Under the pieces are notes generated by a model. The model saw only the letters and a list, made by a program, of their open reading frames with translations. It had not been told where the DNA came from and ran no database searches. Below, in pieces: positions 62,097 through 64,000 of a stretch of 64,000 bases of DNA (positions within the stretch are counted from its first letter, which is position 1; every line of letters starts with the position of its first letter). Origin of the DNA: Candidatus Thorarchaeota archaeon (lineage in GTDB: Archaea; Asgardarchaeota; Thorarchaeia; Thorarchaeales; Thorarchaeaceae). The position numbers and the translations under genes are program-made. The DNA lies in NCBI GenBank assembly GCA_963726195.1, contig CAVSBO010000007.1:32001-96000 (forward strand). Reading direction: 5' to 3'.

Positions 62097-62753
62097 ATGA
62101 TTGCCATGGAACTGAAATCACCGGATGAGATTCTCCAGATGTTGGAAGGATACGAGAAGATAGTTCTCTTTGGCGATTCAGGTTGCGCTCAGATGTGTGA
62201 TGTTGGCGGCATACTTCAACTCGAAGACATGGAAGATTTCCTGCGACAGCACAACAAGCAGGTACTGGGCAAGATATTCGTTGAAGGCGGAATATGTGAT
62301 GTGAATGCTGTGAAACAGGAAATGGAGAACAACAAGGAGATTCTGGATGAGGCCGACGCTTTTCTAATACAAGCCTGCGGCGTGGCCACCCAGAACGTTA
62401 CCGAACTGATGCCGGAGAAGGAATCTTTTCCAGCCACTGATTCGAAGTTCCTTGGCACGATGCCACGGCGGTTCGTTCATCAAGAGCGCTGTATCATGTG
62501 CGGAGAATGCATACTGGATTTGACCGGCGGTATTTGTCCGCTCGCCCGGTGTGCCAAGGGCATTCTAAATGGGCCATGCGGAGGCTCGATGAACGGCAAG
62601 TGCGAGAGGGACCCAGAGACCGACTGCGCCTGGCAGCTGATCTACGACCGACTGAAGAAGCTTGGAAAGCTCGACAAGCTGAAGTCAATCTGGGAGATTA
62701 AGGACTGGAGCCTGTCCCAAGGTCCTCATTCGGTAATCCATGAGGAAGCCTAG
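62097..62753 (+). CDS. metV: Methylenetetrahydrofolate reductase small Fe-S subunit (MetV-like)
   Basis: GCAQMC, ACGVA, CIMCGEC..TGGICP..RCAKGILNGPCGG...CE...DCAW; adjacent to metF. Confidence 0.85.
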   Translation: MIAMELKSPDEILQMLEGYEKIVLFGDSGCAQMCDVGGILQLEDMEDFLRQHNKQVLGKIFVEGGICDVNAVKQEMENNKEILDEADAFLIQACGVATQNVTELMPEKESFPATDSKFLGTMPRRFVHQERCIMCGECILDLTGGICPLARCAKGILNGPCGGSMNGKCERDPETDCAWQLIYDRLKKLGKLDKLKSIWEIKDWSLSQGPHSVIHEEA

Positions 62754-62870
62754 AAGAATGCTCTCCAACAGTGTCATCCTTCTTGACTGCTGAAGCACCA
62801 ACTGTGCTGTTCGATTGCTCAACCAAAGGAGATATGTGTCAGTCTTCAGACCCGGTCCTTCGACACCAGA

Positions 62871-63816
62871 TTGAAGGACAGCGTACAATCACCCGAAACC
62901 AAGCTTAGACGCATGCTTCAAAGTGGCAAGTTCACTGTCACAGGAGAAGTCGGTCCTCCGCATGGTGCTGACTACAAGCTGGTGACTGAACGGACACGTC
63001 TTGTGAAGGACTACTGTGACGCAATCAACATCACCGACAATGTTCGCGGCATTCCTACCATGAGCAGTATGGCATGTGCTCATTTCGTGATTGAGGCCGG
63101 CGCCGAGCCGGTCATGCAAATGTCTGCCAGAGACAGAAATCGTATTCTCTTTGAAAGCGAGCTCTATGGTGCTCATGCACTCGGGATTCGCAACATCCTG
63201 TTCGTGACAGGCGATCACACTCTTCTTGGATCGCATCCTCAAGCAAAGATGGTGTACGACTTAGACTCGATTCAGGCACTCCAACTTGCGAGTCATCTGA
63301 TGTCGGGAAAGGACTTGGCTGGGGAGGAGCTCGAGGGCGTGCCGCTTTTCCACCTTGGTGCAACTTTCAATCCGAATGCCGACCCACTCGAACTCCAAGT
63401 CTGGCGTGTTGAGAAAAAACGCGATGCAGGGGCCCAGTTCTTCCAGACTCAGGCCGTCTACGATACTGGCAGGCTCGAGGAGTACATGGAGCAGATTGAG
63501 CCATTGGGCGTCAAGGTACTGGCGGGCGTTATTCCCCTGAAGGGACCAAAGATGGCTCGCTTCATGAACGAGCGAATTCCCGGCATCAGGATTCCTGAGG
63601 AGACAATCAATCGCTCTGGAGTCTGCAGGTGCCGGCATGAAAGGTGAGGAAAAGAAAGAGGCCGTGCGTGCTGAGGGTATCGGAATTACTTTAGAGATAA
63701 TCAATCATGTAAAGAAGATTCGTGGAATCAATGGTATTCACATTATGGCAATCGGATGGGAAGAGAGCATACCCGAGCTCGTGAAAGCTTCGGGGTTATA
63801 CCCCCGACCGAAGTGA
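62871..63816 (+). CDS. metF: Methylenetetrahydrofolate reductase (+1 indel near 63615)
   Basis: EVGPP, INITDN, RDRNR, TGD, KRDAGAQFFQTQ, GIHIMA; continues to TGA at 63814-63816. Confidence 0.9.
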
Positions 63817-63827
63817 GGTTGACAAGA

Positions 63828-64000
63828 ATGTTCGTTTTCAAGAAAGAGCAGCAGGCTTTCGATTTCGGTGGAGTGACAATCGGTGGCCAGCCGGGACAAA
63901 ACCCTACGGTATTGATCGGCGGCTTGTTCTTTACGACACAGCCAATCGTGAAGAGCGCGAAGGAAGGCACGTTTGACAAGGAGATGGCCAAGCAGTGGAT
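63828..64000 (+). CDS. mtrH: MtrH/MtgA-like pterin methyltransferase (5' partial)
   Basis: MFVFKKEQQAFDFGGVTIGGQPGQNPTVLIG matches the MtrH N-terminus. Confidence 0.82.
   Translation, partial: MFVFKKEQQAFDFGGVTIGGQPGQNPTVLIGGLFFTTQPIVKSAKEGTFDKEMAKQW

Noticed and set aside
1-64000. CRISPR arrays, rRNA genes, transposases, integrases
   Set aside because: No regularly spaced repeats, rRNA signatures or mobile-element proteins were seen.

Overview
Chromosomal window from an Asgard archaeon, most plausibly Thorarchaeia. This is inferred from four Ras-superfamily GTPases, roadblock, longin/uDENN-like and PCI-like proteins, a Sec-type SelD with a eukaryote-like SECIS, a divergent stand-alone EF-2, and archaeal CoA/lipid/archaeosine genes. 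About 50 CDSs are present: housekeeping (ileS, tmk, rtcB, tgtA, hflX, ino1, coaBC-PoK-PPS-panE, GGPP synthase, tetraether synthase, tldD/pmbA, metV-metF-mtrH), transporters, and eukaryotic-signature-like proteins. No CRISPR array, rRNA or transposase was seen. About 20 single-base indels split otherwise intact genes and look like long-read assembly errors. Features the ORF track misses: (i) a ~535-620 nt densely base-paired, plus-strand intergenic element (10828-11450) that looks like an unrecognised large structured ncRNA; (ii) two further TATA-preceded small structured RNA candidates (35157-35262, 46477-46622); (iii) selD with in-frame UGA (G-U-S-C-K) and a SECIS-like hairpin whose core uses selD's own stop codon; (iv) tRNA-Gln(CUG) with a perfect BHB intron in the T-loop (59/60); (v) a perfect 22-bp palindrome at the promoter of a putative cobalamin-uptake operon. 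All RNA structures were folded by eye and need computational and experimental confirmation.
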